From Octopus bimaculoides (Eukaryota), in contig NC_068994.1 of NCBI RefSeq assembly GCF_001194135.2, positions 29,038,681 to 29,102,680 of the forward strand: 64,000 nucleotides of DNA. Reading direction: 5' to 3'. The position numbers were made by a program, and so were the translations under genes. A model generated the notes under the pieces. It saw only the letters and a list, made by a program, of their open reading frames with translations, had not been told where the DNA came from and made no database searches. Positions 50,038 to 61,561 of the stretch are shown in pieces. Numbering within the stretch: position 1 is the first letter of the stretch; every line of letters starts with the position of its first letter.

Positions 50038-50235
50038 TAAGGCAGAATCGTTAGCATGCTGGGCAAAATGCTTAGCAGCATTTCATCCATCTTCATGTTC
50101 TGAGTTTAATTTCTGTTGAGACTGACTTTGCCTTTTGTCCTTTTGGGGTTGATAAAATAAGTGCCAGTTAAACAGTGGGGTCAATTTAATTAACTTAGCC
50201 CCTCCCCCAAACCTGCTGGTCTTGTGCCAAAATTT
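50038..50235 (+). mobile_element. Family-A SINE
   Basis: ctaaggcagaatcgttagcatgctgggcaaaatgcttagc ... actttgcctttt ... ggtcttgtgccaaaattt. Confidence 0.85.
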
Positions 50236-50480
50236 GAAATCAATATTGTCCTCATCTGTTTCCAAGTAAGCCAACCCCCACCATGACCAAACATAATTTT
50301 TATGGAAGACTGGAAACAAGCAACCTGACTTGCATGACAATAATGCTCATTTACAACCCTCATGTGATGTTTAGACAAGGGTACACACACACTCACACAT
50401 ACATACATATATATATATAACAATCTTAAAGCAGGTACATTGTTTAAAGTTAAACTGTAGTATTTGTCTCAAGATAGCAT

Positions 50481-50878
50481 CTCTTATAAGTGCATGTATA
50501 GTGCTAAAAAACACAGAAATATATCAGTAGCAGACAAAAATCCTCCAGTAGCAGTGGTGGGATTGGTAAATACATATTTCTGCCTTTTGGGACTTTGTCA
50601 GTAGCAATCATCCACTAGCAAGTGCATTCTAAGACAAAAATCAGCCATTACTGATATAGTAAAATAGCAAATTTAATCCAGCGTGCCAGTTAATTGTGAC
50701 ATAAGTGACTTTTTAGTGGTTGATTTTGTCTTAGTGTGCAGTTGTCAGTGAATACTTGTGACTAATGAAGCTCGAAGAGGTAGACATATGTATTTAACGA
50801 TACCACCACCACTGCTGAACGATTTTCATCTGCTATTGATATATTTCTGTGCTTTTTAATGCTATACATTTATAAGAG
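50481..50878. mobile_element. Foldback element / palindromic MITE with ~165-bp imperfect inverted arms
   Basis: Left arm 50481-50650 (cacagaaatatatcagtagcag ... ctaagacaaaaatcagccatta) complements right arm 50714-50878 (tagtggttgattttgtcttag ... ctgctattgatatatttctgtg); ~63-nt spacer. Confidence 0.75.
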
Positions 50879-51463
50879 ACGAATATTGCAGTTTAGCTTT
50901 CAATGATGTGCTTTTAGTATGATATGTAGAGTGCTAATTTGAATTAATACTGCTTCTGTCACTCATAATAAATGCATGTATGCTTACATAGACATACAAA
51001 CATACATGCATAAATACACACACGCATACATACACACCCACATATATATATGTATATACATGACAAGCTTCTTTCAGTTTCTGCCTACCAAATCCATTCA
51101 CAAGGGCTTTTGTTGGCTATGGTAAAAGACACTTGAACGAGGTGCCAAAAATGCTTGTATTTGCACACACACACACACACACACACAAAAGAGGCAAAAG
51201 AAAACACCACTAACTGCTTTGGCATGGTTCCTGCAGTTAGATGTCTTTACTAAAGCCGACCACTTTGCAGTGTGTACTGGGTGCTTTTTACAGTGGCAGT
51301 GGCACTAATGAGGCCACAAGTAGCTCACAAGTCAAGACCTTTCAAGTAAGTGGGGTGAAGTATTGAGGGAGGTGGCTTTATGCCAGGTGATGAGAGGTTA
51401 AAGTTTGATTGGAGGACAGGTGTCTTGCTGTAGAGAAGATATATGGTCATCCCAGAATATATA

Positions 51464-51498
<35 letters not shown>

Positions 51499-52243
51499 CT
51501 AGCTTTTACACTAGTAAATCGCTTTTAAGCAACTGACCCTTAATGGGAAGATCTGACTTGTTTTGGAGAATTTGTTGCAATTGCTTCCCCCAGAGTCATA
51601 TCCCAAGGATGATCATATTCGTCACTAAAAATCATGTAAAAAAAATTGCCGAAAACAATCTCAGTAATGAAAACATAGGAATCCAAAATTTCAGGATTGC
51701 AGGTCCAGATTCAGCTTGGAATGTTTTTAATTTACTCATTACTCATTAGATTATAAAAATTGTCATCACACAAAAAAATTTGTTGCAAAAAGTCAGGTAA
51801 AAAAAATCGCAGTAAACAACCATAGCAATGAAAACTTGGAATTCAAAATTTCAGGATTGTGGGCCCAGATTTGGCCTGGAATGTTTTTAATTTACTCACA
51901 GAGTCAGCCTGATTTCTCTAGGAGTAAAGCTGAAAAATGTGACACACTGCCATTCACATTTATTATATTATATTAAGGCATTGTGCTGACAGAATCGTTA
52001 GCATGCTGGGCGAAATGCTTAGCGGTATTTCGTTTGCTGTTAGGTTTTGAGTTGAATTCCGCCAAGGTTGACTTTGCCTTTCATCCTTTTGGGGTTGATA
52101 AAATTAGTACCAGTTATGTACTGGTGTCGATGTAATTGACTTAACCCCTTCCCCCAAAATTTGAGGCCTGGTGCTTCCAGTAGAAAGGATTTATTAAAGT
52201 TAAAAAAGTATGACACACTGACATTCACACTTATTATATTAGA
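51499..52243 (-). mobile_element. Probable non-autonomous Helitron (Lep1/DINE-like), interrupted by a family-A SINE at ~51975-52190
   Basis: Minus-strand 3' CTAG|T at 51499; 5' A|TC end with acacactgacattcacacttattatattagat; internal ~100-bp tandem duplication (51640-51740 vs 51805-51898). No clear 3' hairpin. Confidence 0.4.
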
Positions 52244-54249
52244 TATGTTTAATTTTGGGGAAACTTTATTTCAGTTAAAGTGTCTTTTATATATATGTGT
52301 GTGTGTGTATGTATANNNNNNNNNNNNNNNNNNNNNNNNNNNNNNNNNNNNNNNNNNNNNNNNNNNNNNNNNNNNNNNNNNNNNNNNNNNNNNNNNNNNN
52401 NNNNNNNNNNNNNNNNNNNNNNNNNNNNNNNNNNNNNNNNNNNNNNNNNNNNNNNNNNNNNNNNNNNNNNNNNNNNNNNNNNNNNNNNNNNNNNNNNNNN
52501 NNNNNNNNNNNNNNNNNNNNNNNNNNNNNNNNNNNNNNNNNNNNNNNNNNNNNNNNNNNNNNNNNNNNNNNNNNNNNNNNNNNNNNNNNNNNNNNNNNNN
52601 NNNNNNNNNNNNNNNNNNNNNNNNNNNNNNNNNNNNNNNNNNNNNNNNNNNNNNNNNNNNNNNNNNNNNNNNNNNNNNNNNNNNNNNNNNNNNNNNNNNN
52701 NNNNNNNNNNNNNNNNNNNNNNNNNNNNNNNNNNNNNNNNNNNNNNNNNNNNNNNNNNNNNNNNNNNNATATATATATATATATATATATAAGCGATAAA
52801 TTACAGGACCCCACCAATAACAATAAAAACATTCATTAAAAGTATTACTTAAAAGTATTTTTTTTGGAACATTGTTTAAACAGCAACACAATTTGATGAT
52901 TTTGCATGTAGGAAATTTAAGGCGTCTAGGATAATATTACCACGAGAACCAAAAATGAAATAAAGGTATGAGCTTAAAGTAGCTGTTTTTGCATGTGTCA
53001 CAAAGGTTTTTAAACAAAAGAACATAAAGATAAGCATTTCTTCAAACTTTCATTTCATATTTTGAAAAGCATTTAAACAGTGAATATCTTAAAGAAACAC
53101 AGGCTTGGTTTACTATCTGATGATCAGAAACAAGTAACTCTGAGTACTGGAAATTGGAGCTTTTCAGTTATATATATATAAATCTATACTCAGTTATATA
53201 TAAAGCTATACTCATTTATACAGCTGACCTCACCACCTGCTGCAGTACTGACATTGCACATTTGAAAATTTGCCACAAGTCAACAAATGCAGTCTATGTA
53301 TTTAATTGACACTCAACCCTTTTGATAACAATCTATGTGAAATTATCTCTGTTTCTATGATATAAAAACCTATCTTAAAGAGGTAAATTTAAATCAAACC
53401 CTTCTAAATTAATTTTGTCATGTTCCAAAACCCAAATTGTTAACGACTAAGTTAGTTAATTTCTTGAATGCATAAAATTCTTGTTTATTTTCAGATTGAT
53501 AGATAATGTCATCTATTTATCATACTTAGTGTAAATACATAGTTGAAATGCACATTCACTGTGATATTTGTCCAGAAATAAAATCTCTTATGAACATAAA
53601 AGCACAAAAGTCATAAGAGGAAAATGGAAAATCATTCTGGCTAGTAAGAATGCTTGATGCATTTCACTCTTGTTGGGCCATGCCAATGGCATATACTCAT
53701 AGCTAACTACATGCTTTGATGAGATTTCTCACCTCTGGTACATAGGAAATAGTGAAAAACATTTGCTGGTATTGTGAATAGCTGCCCAGCTGAATAAAAA
53801 TCCTCTATATGTATTAGAAGCAGAGTTAAATTAAAATGCAGTTGGTGTTCTTGCTAGCTGCTACTGGGATGATATTTTATCTCTGATATATACTGTGTTT
53901 TTAAACATGTTATTTCTGGATGAATACCACAGTAAATTTCCTTTCAACAATGTATTAATATCAAATATGATATGTAGATGGCCATTTTAATTTAATACTA
54001 CTTCTAATGCATATAACAGATTGATAATGTATTTTATTAGAAATATGGTCATGTAAAAGTTCAATTCTCTCCAATCATATCGTATAATTTAATAACAAAA
54101 AAGGAAACATTGGACAGTGAAGTTGAAGCTATACAAACAGATGGGATGGTCATAGTTAGAATGTCTTTAATCAGAATGCTGCTCAATCAAGACTGAATTA
54201 GGTGAGTGAGGATTCTACATAACAATCTCACCATTAACCACAGGACATT

Positions 54250-54500
54250 ACTGCCAAGAGCCCCAGAACTCATAAAGCTGGTTACCTAGTTTCCATGGCA
54301 AATAAGCAACCAAGATCACAGCATTTCCGTGAATGGGATGCTAGTCCATCACAGGGTTACTTATTTACAGCTGAATGGACTGGAACAACATGAAATGAAG
54401 GGTTTTAATTAGGAACATAATTCACTAACTGGTCTAAGAATCAAAACTGTGATCTTGCAATTGTGACTGCCACACAGTAACCACTGGACTGCATGCTACC
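54250..54500 (-). mobile_element. Degenerate tRNA-derived SINE (family D-related)
   Basis: gggatgctagtccatcacagggttac ... acagctgaatggactggaacaacatgaaatgaag. Confidence 0.6.
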
Positions 54501-55171
54501 ACAAACATCAATTTACTTGCAATAAATTCTTCTAACACATGAACAACACACAACTAAAATCAATAGAACTCCCCAACCTCCAGTCAAACTGTATCAACGG
54601 TTGGGCTTTGTTTTTTTCAGAACTAAGAATTATTTCAAACTCCTGAAGAATTGCTGAGCCTACAAGATAAAACTAGGCTCTAAAACAAAACAGATCTATA
54701 TCAGAGGTATGCCTACTATGATCAGCCTGTTCGATAATGTATCTTATCAGATGACAGAGTTTGATTTGAAAGTTTTGGCTGCTATTTCTACTAAGTTGAG
54801 CGACCATATAGGGGTTTCCTCATTGGCTTGTTAATTATTTTTGTGGAAGAGTGCAGTGAAAGGCAGCACTGTTAGAGGACTGGACAAAATGATTTGTATA
54901 CTTAGCTACATTATTGCCATCATCATCAGTTTAGTGTCCATTTTTTCATGCTTGTATGGGTTGGGTAGTATTTACTGTCATCAATTTTGTCCAGTATGGT
55001 AACAATTCTACCAGCTCACCACATTGCCATGATCATATTCAGCAGACTTACTGGAAGGTTGGACAAAATGACGTGATATTTTAGTTATGATCCTTTACAA
55101 TCTCGAAACAAATCCCACTGAAGTTGACTTTGCCTTTCATTCTTCCAATGGTTAATAAAATAGAGTACCAG

Positions 55172-55515
55172 TCAAATAACTTCCAAGTCAACAAAAGCCA
55201 AGTACAGGGGTTTATCTTTGGCTAGGTATTTCTCCTTCAGTTGTCGAACCAGGAATATAGCAACAGTGGTGCTTTTTCCTGGCAAAAAACCAAACTGCAT
55301 CTCATCTAAGCGAACTCTCTCCCTAATTAGTTGGGCTATGACCCTCTCTGTGACCTTCACCACCTGATCCAGCAGTTTGATACTCCTGTAGTTATTTTTC
55401 TATCTAAAGCATCACCTTTACCTTTATAGCAGTTGACTATGGTACTGCAACACCAGTCATTGGGTATGACTCCTTCGTGTATCACCTGGTTTACAATATG
55501 GGTGACTAGACCATA
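55172..55515 (-). mobile_element. RTE-clade LINE RT N-terminal fragment
   Basis: GDALDR.NYRSIKLLDQVVKVTERVIAQLIRERVRLDEMQFGFLPGKSTT.AIFLVRQLKEKYLAKDKPLYLAFVDLE. Confidence 0.9.
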
Positions 55516-55971
55516 ACCCACACCACCACCCCTGTCTTCCTGGGGCTATAAACGTCAGTAGCATTGTCCGGTATAGGACGCCACACTTGGTTGGCAATTG
55601 TATGTTACAATTCCGTATTGTTATTGTTTATATCTTGTTCAGAGATTTAATATAGCTTATTTCTCCTTTCTCGAGATCAGTGATAGCTTGTCACTGGAAA
55701 AAGCATATAGTATTTTGTGAGGAGTGAGCCTAATAAAGAATAATACTGGCATTTTATCTTTATCTTTGATTTTGATTTTATTTTACATTCGCCCTCATTC
55801 ATTCTTTCCCGCATTTATTCCCTTCCTTTCTTTTCTCTCTTTCACCCCTCTTCTATTCACTTATTCAGAACCCATATCTGTCTATCATGATGTCTGTCTT
55901 TCTCACTCTATATACCCATGTAGACCTTTTTCATACTAGCTAACCACTTGATTTATTCCTTCAACATGAAA

Positions 55972-56432
55972 GCAACATTCAAAATACTGCCTGGATTCAC
56001 CTGGGATTATACTTAAGGACCTATACCTTCACAGAAGTACGGACCAACCGCTATACCCACTGGAAGAAGATGAGTTGTGAACTTTATTCTCCTGTCTGTG
56101 TTCTTCTATCTACTGTTTTACCCTTTATTCTTCTATCTACTATTTTATTCCTTTACTCCTTTATAAAATGTGAATTCCCTGTCTAGAACTTTCTTACGCA
56201 CTCACCTTGTCTCTGATGATGGAATACCCAGTGTATGGAGATGCTAACCTAACACTTGGGATATCCTAGAAACAGCTGTAAGATATCCAATAATTAATTA
56301 ATTAACTAATTATTAATTACCTCAAATTCACTTTACTCAAATTAAATATTCTAAATGACTTGAGATACTTGTCCTGCCTTGGTTTTTGTTGTCCTTTTCC
56401 TGCTAACTTGGAAGCCTACTATGGATCCCTAG
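55972..56432 (+). mobile_element. Hammerhead-bearing ~460-bp dispersed repeat, copy 2
   Basis: Aligns with 4167-4624; abuts the truncated 3' end of the Penelope-like RT in opposite orientation. Confidence 0.85.
56208..56285 (+). ncRNA. Type I hammerhead ribozyme motif
   Basis: TGTCT-CTGATGA(56213-56219)-TGGAATACCCAGTGT...ACACTTGGGATATCCTA-GAAA(56269-56272)-CAGCTG-TA-AGATA; all catalytic-core nucleotides present. Confidence 0.85.
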
Positions 56433-56599
56433 TTTATTTGATCAAGTGTGTTGTACAGGATTGGAACAATCAGTTGAATTATTATGTCCCATATGTCTAT
56501 GAGTTTTTGTTGGTAGTTCATTGATATGACCAATTTTGGCCTGTATTCCTGATCCAAGTGAGTTCTGAAATGGTAATGTTGTGGTGGTATATGATGTGC

Positions 56600-58320
56600 A
56601 TCACAGTTATAGGGATTACCAGTGTTGCTTATGCCTGCTTCTTGTATATATTGGATTTTTTCACGGTACCCAGCCCTAGCTAGAGCATCATTATAAGATG
56701 CACGAGATTCAAAAATTTTATTGTTAGCAGATAATCTAGAGATTCTTGTAGAAATATTCTTAACATTCCCCGTACAATCGAGGGTGGATGGTTGGATGCT
56801 ACGTTAATGTACTTAATATGCCCATTCGGCTTATGAAATGATTCAAATGATCCAGTATCAAGACAGAAGGTAGCATCAAGAAAATTCACTCTACGATAAT
56901 CTTTACCTATAGAAATGTTTAGTCCTAAATTTTTGGAAAGTCTAAAGAAATTTTTCCTATGCCTTTCTAACTGTACTTTGCTATTTCTGTCTAGAAAAAA
57001 TAAGGCATCATCCCTATATAGAACCCCTGTTACTTCTGGAAAGGAAGAGTGGATTAATGAAAGGATATATATTCCGACTAGGTCACTGGCCTGAGCAGAA
57101 TCATGTGAGCCCATTGCTAAATCAAATACATTTTCCTTATCTATTCTACTCCATAATCTACCATCAAAATCTACTAGAGTGGCTTGTGCAGCAAGTATAT
57201 CCATTTCATGTCGGGACAAATCAGAATTTTTCATGCCAAAAATCAGGGCTTGATTAAGAACGATCAGGTTGATAGTGGCATAGTAGCTCTCTTTATCTAG
57301 TTGTAAGAATTTACTAATTTCTAGAAGCTTGAACCATCCAACCACCTCTTGCGTATCAGACCAAAGGGCTAATCTAATTTTAGACTTAAGGACGGGTATT
57401 ACTCTGTCAATAATTTTTTTTACTAATAATGCCTAAATTGGATTTAGAAGGGCAAATCAATCTGAGGGGAAGCAAAATCCAGGGTTTTCGGGGAACATAG
57501 GGTTCAGTTCTATCATCTATGGCTAGATCTCTGACGATTTGTAGGCCTGTATTGTTAATTCTTTTTAATACGTCATTACTAGCATGTCTATATTTGTTGT
57601 GTAATTCCTTCCTAATCATAGACTTATATAGTTCAATATCAACAATGTAAATGTTACTTGTTTTGTCCGCTGGTATAAGTATCCCCAGAGCTTTCTTGAA
57701 GTTGACAAGTAATTTTCTGATTTTCTGTTGATGTATAATAAACCTTCTAGGGTACTTCCTGAACTTCACGTTCTTAACTATACTATATAATTCTTCTTCA
57801 AATCTGGTTAGGTGTTTGTTGGTCGGTGAGTTCCTTCTAGATTTGAATACTTTTCTTAGTAGGTCACCATGTTCAGGTTNNNNNNNNNNNNNNNNNNNNN
57901 NNNNNNNNNNNNNNNNNNNNNNNNNNNNNNNNNNNNNNNNNNNNNNNNNNNNNNNNNNNNNNNNNNNNNNNNNCTACTGGGTATAGGTATGTCCTTTAGT
58001 GAAACATCCAGTGTTATTTTATCCATCATCTTGGTACGCTACTGTATAGCACCTTCCTCCTGGAAATCGGAAATTGGTTGTGGTTAATGAATAAAATGAA
58101 TGGTTAACACCTGGTAGCTTACTGGTAAAGCATGGTCACTTTCAGAGTGATCGTTAGGTATATAACAAATAAAAGACAGAAGATGGAATATACAAGAATT
58201 TATTATTAATCACGACAATTGTTTTGACACATCTAGCATCGATTCCTCTTGGGTGGGACACTCAACAACTAGTTAAGGTGCATCCGGTGGTGCAGATGTA
58301 TCTTGTCGGGTGATAAACAA
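56600..58320 (-). mobile_element. Penelope-like element: RT ORF (frameshifted, gap-interrupted) with upstream pseudo-LTR; C-terminal endonuclease absent
   Basis: Start MMDKITLDVSLKDIPIPS (58029); ADKTSNIY; RLICPSKSNLGIISK; FDLAMGSHDSAQASDLVG; LYRDDAL; VNFLDATF; YINVASNHPPSI; NISTRISRLS...YNDALARAGY. No GIY-YIG seen. Confidence 0.85.
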
Positions 58321-59029
58321 ATAAATACAACTCATTAAAATGACTGTTTCACAATGCAACTTTCTGCTTTGTAGAAAGAAAACCAGCCAGATGGAGGAAA
58401 TATCTTCATTTATATAGATCAAAAATAAAATCACAGATGGAAAAAAGAGAAATGTACATGCAATCCAGTGAGAAAAGTATTAAAAATAACCGTTAACAGA
58501 TATGGATGTATAAACACCCTTGGGCAAGCTGCATGGCGCGAGTACACTCGCTCATACAAGCATCTGCAAAAATGTGAGCATACGCACACGTGAGGTTTGG
58601 TGCACTCATGATCACAAAGCGAGTTAGTTATTTACTTGGTGTTTATAAGAATGGGGAGGTTAAAAGTAAAATAGGGATAAATATGTATGCCATATTTTTA
58701 TACTGTTATATCTCTTTCTATCATTACATACTTTAAGACTTTTCATAATTGTTAAAATTTTTTTTATACACTTATATTTTTAAATAAGCTTATCTGTTAT
58801 AAATCTGTTTATCTTATTTCCTTTGCCTTTAATCCCTTGATTTCTATCACTAGATAATGTGTACCTCCTTCCCTGATATATTCTGAATGTAAGTTAGGCT
58901 CATTGTTTGAATGGTTTTATCATGACTACTTGTATGTTCTGCTAGGATGAATTATTATGGCATTTTTTCATATATAAGTAATCTTCCTTTTTAGTGCTTA
59001 AATTGATCTATTTATCTTTATTATCTTAC

Positions 59030-59225
59030 CTGGTCCTACGCTAGTGGCATGTAAAAGCACCTATTACACTCTTAGAGTGGTTGGCATTAGAAAGGGCATC
59101 TGGCCGTTGAAACCATACCAAATCAGACTGGAGTCTGGTGCAGCCTTTCAGCTTGCCAGCCCCGGTCAAACTGTCCAACCCATGCTAGCATGGACAAAGA
59201 ATGTTAAATGATGATGATGATTATG
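59030..59225 (+). mobile_element. Family-C short repeat (RTE-tail type)
   Basis: Near-identical core to 61020-61208 (gtaaaagcacctattacactct..gagtggttggcatta ... aaatgatgatgatg). Confidence 0.9.
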
Positions 59226-59433
59226 ATATACGTATAAACAGAAGTACAGACGGATTAATATTCCAGTTATATGACCACAGGTACCCGACTGAATATACCA
59301 TGAGTCTCAAGGCTGTACCTAAGAACAAACACTGCACCAATTGTACTGCACTTAAAAGACTCCAGATCCACACTAATTGCAGGTTCCGAGTAAGATGAAT
59401 AATAAACAAATAACAACAGATGGATATTGGTTC

Positions 59434-59527
59434 ATTCACTACAGCTGTTTCAAATGAGTTTTTCTTTTTAATTGATGAATAGAGTTATTACATCATGCAA
59501 AAAAAAGACCATTTTCATCAGATGAAT
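59434..59527 (-). ncRNA. Type I hammerhead ribozyme motif (second family)
   Basis: Minus strand ATTCAT-CTGATGA-AAATG...CATTT-GAAA-CAGCTG-TA-GTGAAT: 6-bp helix I (one G-U), 5-bp basal helix II, palindromic helix III, GUA triplet. Confidence 0.85.
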
Positions 59528-59531
59528 ATAC

Positions 59532-59746
59532 TCTTACTCTTTTACTTGTTTCAGTCATTTGACTGCAGCCATGCTGGACCACGACCTTTATAGTCAAGCA
59601 AATCGAACCCAGAGCTTATTGTTTGTAAGCCTAGTACTTATTCTATAGGACTCTTTTTGCCGAACCACTAAGTTACGGGGATGCAAACACACCAGCATCG
59701 GTTGTCAAGCGATGCTGGGGAGATAAACGGACACACAAACATATAC

Positions 59747-59832
<86 letters not shown>

Positions 59833-60195
59833 TGTTTTCATAATCGGTCATAATGTCTTACGTTTAAGATGATTCCCATGCTTTCCCTGATGAGAAGGTT
59901 ACAATTTTAATATCAAAGATCCCTATGGATCACACAGGCTGTAATCCTTTGAAACATATGTAGAAATAAAGTATGCAATTATAACATGCGTTTTCTCCAA
60001 TCCTTAAATTCTTATATATACACATACATATACAATGGGCTTCTCCCAGTTTCCGTCTACCAAATCCACTCACAAGGCTTTGGTCAGCCCGAGGCTATAG
60101 TAGAAGACACTTGCCCAAGGTGCCACACAGTGGCACTGAACCTGGGACCATGTGGTTGGTAAGCAAGCTACTTACCACATAGCCACTCCTGCGCC
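59532..60195 (-). mobile_element. Full-length family-B tRNA SINE with internal (TA)n
   Basis: Head ggcgcaggagtggctatgtggtaagtagcttgc; tail (AGAGT)-like; flanked by TATAC at 59527-59531 and 60196-60200. Confidence 0.9.
59882..59966 (+). ncRNA. Type I hammerhead ribozyme motif (third family)
   Basis: TTTCC-CTGATGA(59887-59893)-GAAGGTTACA...TGTAATCCTTT-GAAA(59951-59954)-CATATG-TA-GAAA; 10-bp helix II with one bulge; helix I needs a 1-nt bulge. Confidence 0.75.
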
Positions 60196-60929
60196 TATAC
60201 GTGAATTAAACATTTAAAAAAAAAGATATTCCAAGAATCCACATTATGTGCCATTTGGCACATAATTTCCTGGTTAGCTTTAGTCAAAGAATGATTCGCT
60301 TACCCTAGTTAGTAGCTTATACAGGAAAATCATCAAGGTGACAGGAATAGGGAGAGAGGTGAGGATCAGTTGTGCTGGGAGGAAGAATACAGAATAGGGG
60401 AGGAAAATCAGATATTCTGCTCTAACTTCAAAAGATAAGGTTATTTTATTTTATCTTTAAATAACTGGCCAACAAAGCTCAAGTAAAAAAAAAAACAACA
60501 TTAAAAGAGGTGAAAGACTTTTTATATAGTGGGAGGAGGAATATAGTATAGGGGATGAGAATTTGATATCTTGTTCCAACTTCTAAGATAAGGTTAATTT
60601 TATTTTCATTCTTTAAATAGCAGGACAACAGAGTTCCAGCCAAAAATGAACATTAACAGATAATATAAATTACCAGAGAGAATTCATCAAATAAAACACT
60701 TATACCTTCATATGTGTACAAAGTTACAATGGGACATCTAATACTAAAAAGTGAAAATAAAAATAAAATGAAAATGAAAAACTCCTTACACACATTGAGA
60801 TAAAGAAACATACATAAAGCATAAAAGTGTACACCAACCCACATCTATTTATACACATGTACCTACACTTATATTTATATACATACATACGCCCAACTAA
60901 CCATATAAAACCTATCAAGCCGAGCAAAA

Positions 60930-61212
60930 TCGCAGTCATGGCAGATACCAGTGTCATGCAAATTGGCACCTGTGCCACTGGCACATAAACACACCCCGGT
61001 GTCATGCAAATGGACCTTTGCCAGTGGCTTGTAAAAGCACCTATTACACTCTCGGAGTGGTTGGCATTAAGAAGGGCATCCAGCCGTAGAAAACCATGCC
61101 AAATCAGACTGGAGTCTGGTACAGCCTTCCAGCATGCCAGCCCAGTCAAACCGTCCAACTCATGCCAACATGGACAACGGACGTTAAATGATGATGATGA
61201 TGATGATGATAT
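60930..61212 (+). mobile_element. Family-C short repeat with extended 5' part
   Basis: gtcatgcaaattggcacctgtgcc ... gtggttggcattaagaagggcatccagccgtagaaaacc ... ggacgttaaatgatgatgatg. Confidence 0.9.
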
Positions 61213-61561
61213 ATATTGGTCTATAACCTCTCCTCAAAGAGGAGGAAGAAAAGACCACATGGCTAGTTATTGAACACACAAAGGAGAAGGGTTAAGCACA
61301 AGGGATTGTCTCCCTTAGATTGCTGTCTGGAATCCACCTGGTCAGCTAGAGGGTCCCAGGATTTCAGCAGGAATCCCCTGAAGTGTAAGCAGGTTCCAAA
61401 GACTTCCACCCTGGGATTTAAGATGTTCCCCAGGTTGAAGGAGTTCTTTAATATTCTTATAATATACTTATTTTTAAACGGTACCTACATCTTTAAAAAC
61501 TGTACCTACACTTTTAAACTACTACGCAATTATATTAATTTATAACCAGAGAATCATGAAG

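Noticed and set aside
53115-53140. CTGATGA-TCA-GAAAC-AA-GTA hammerhead-like words
   Set aside because: No helix II and no helix I complementarity.
59018-59032. atcttacctgg resembling the U1 snRNA 5' end
   Set aside because: No downstream U1 sequence; at most a minus-strand donor-like word.
59980-60195. tRNA-like sequences in SINE heads (also 5560-5632, 63090-63170)
   Set aside because: A/B boxes are present but there is no full cloverleaf, and they are fused to SINE bodies; not tRNA genes.
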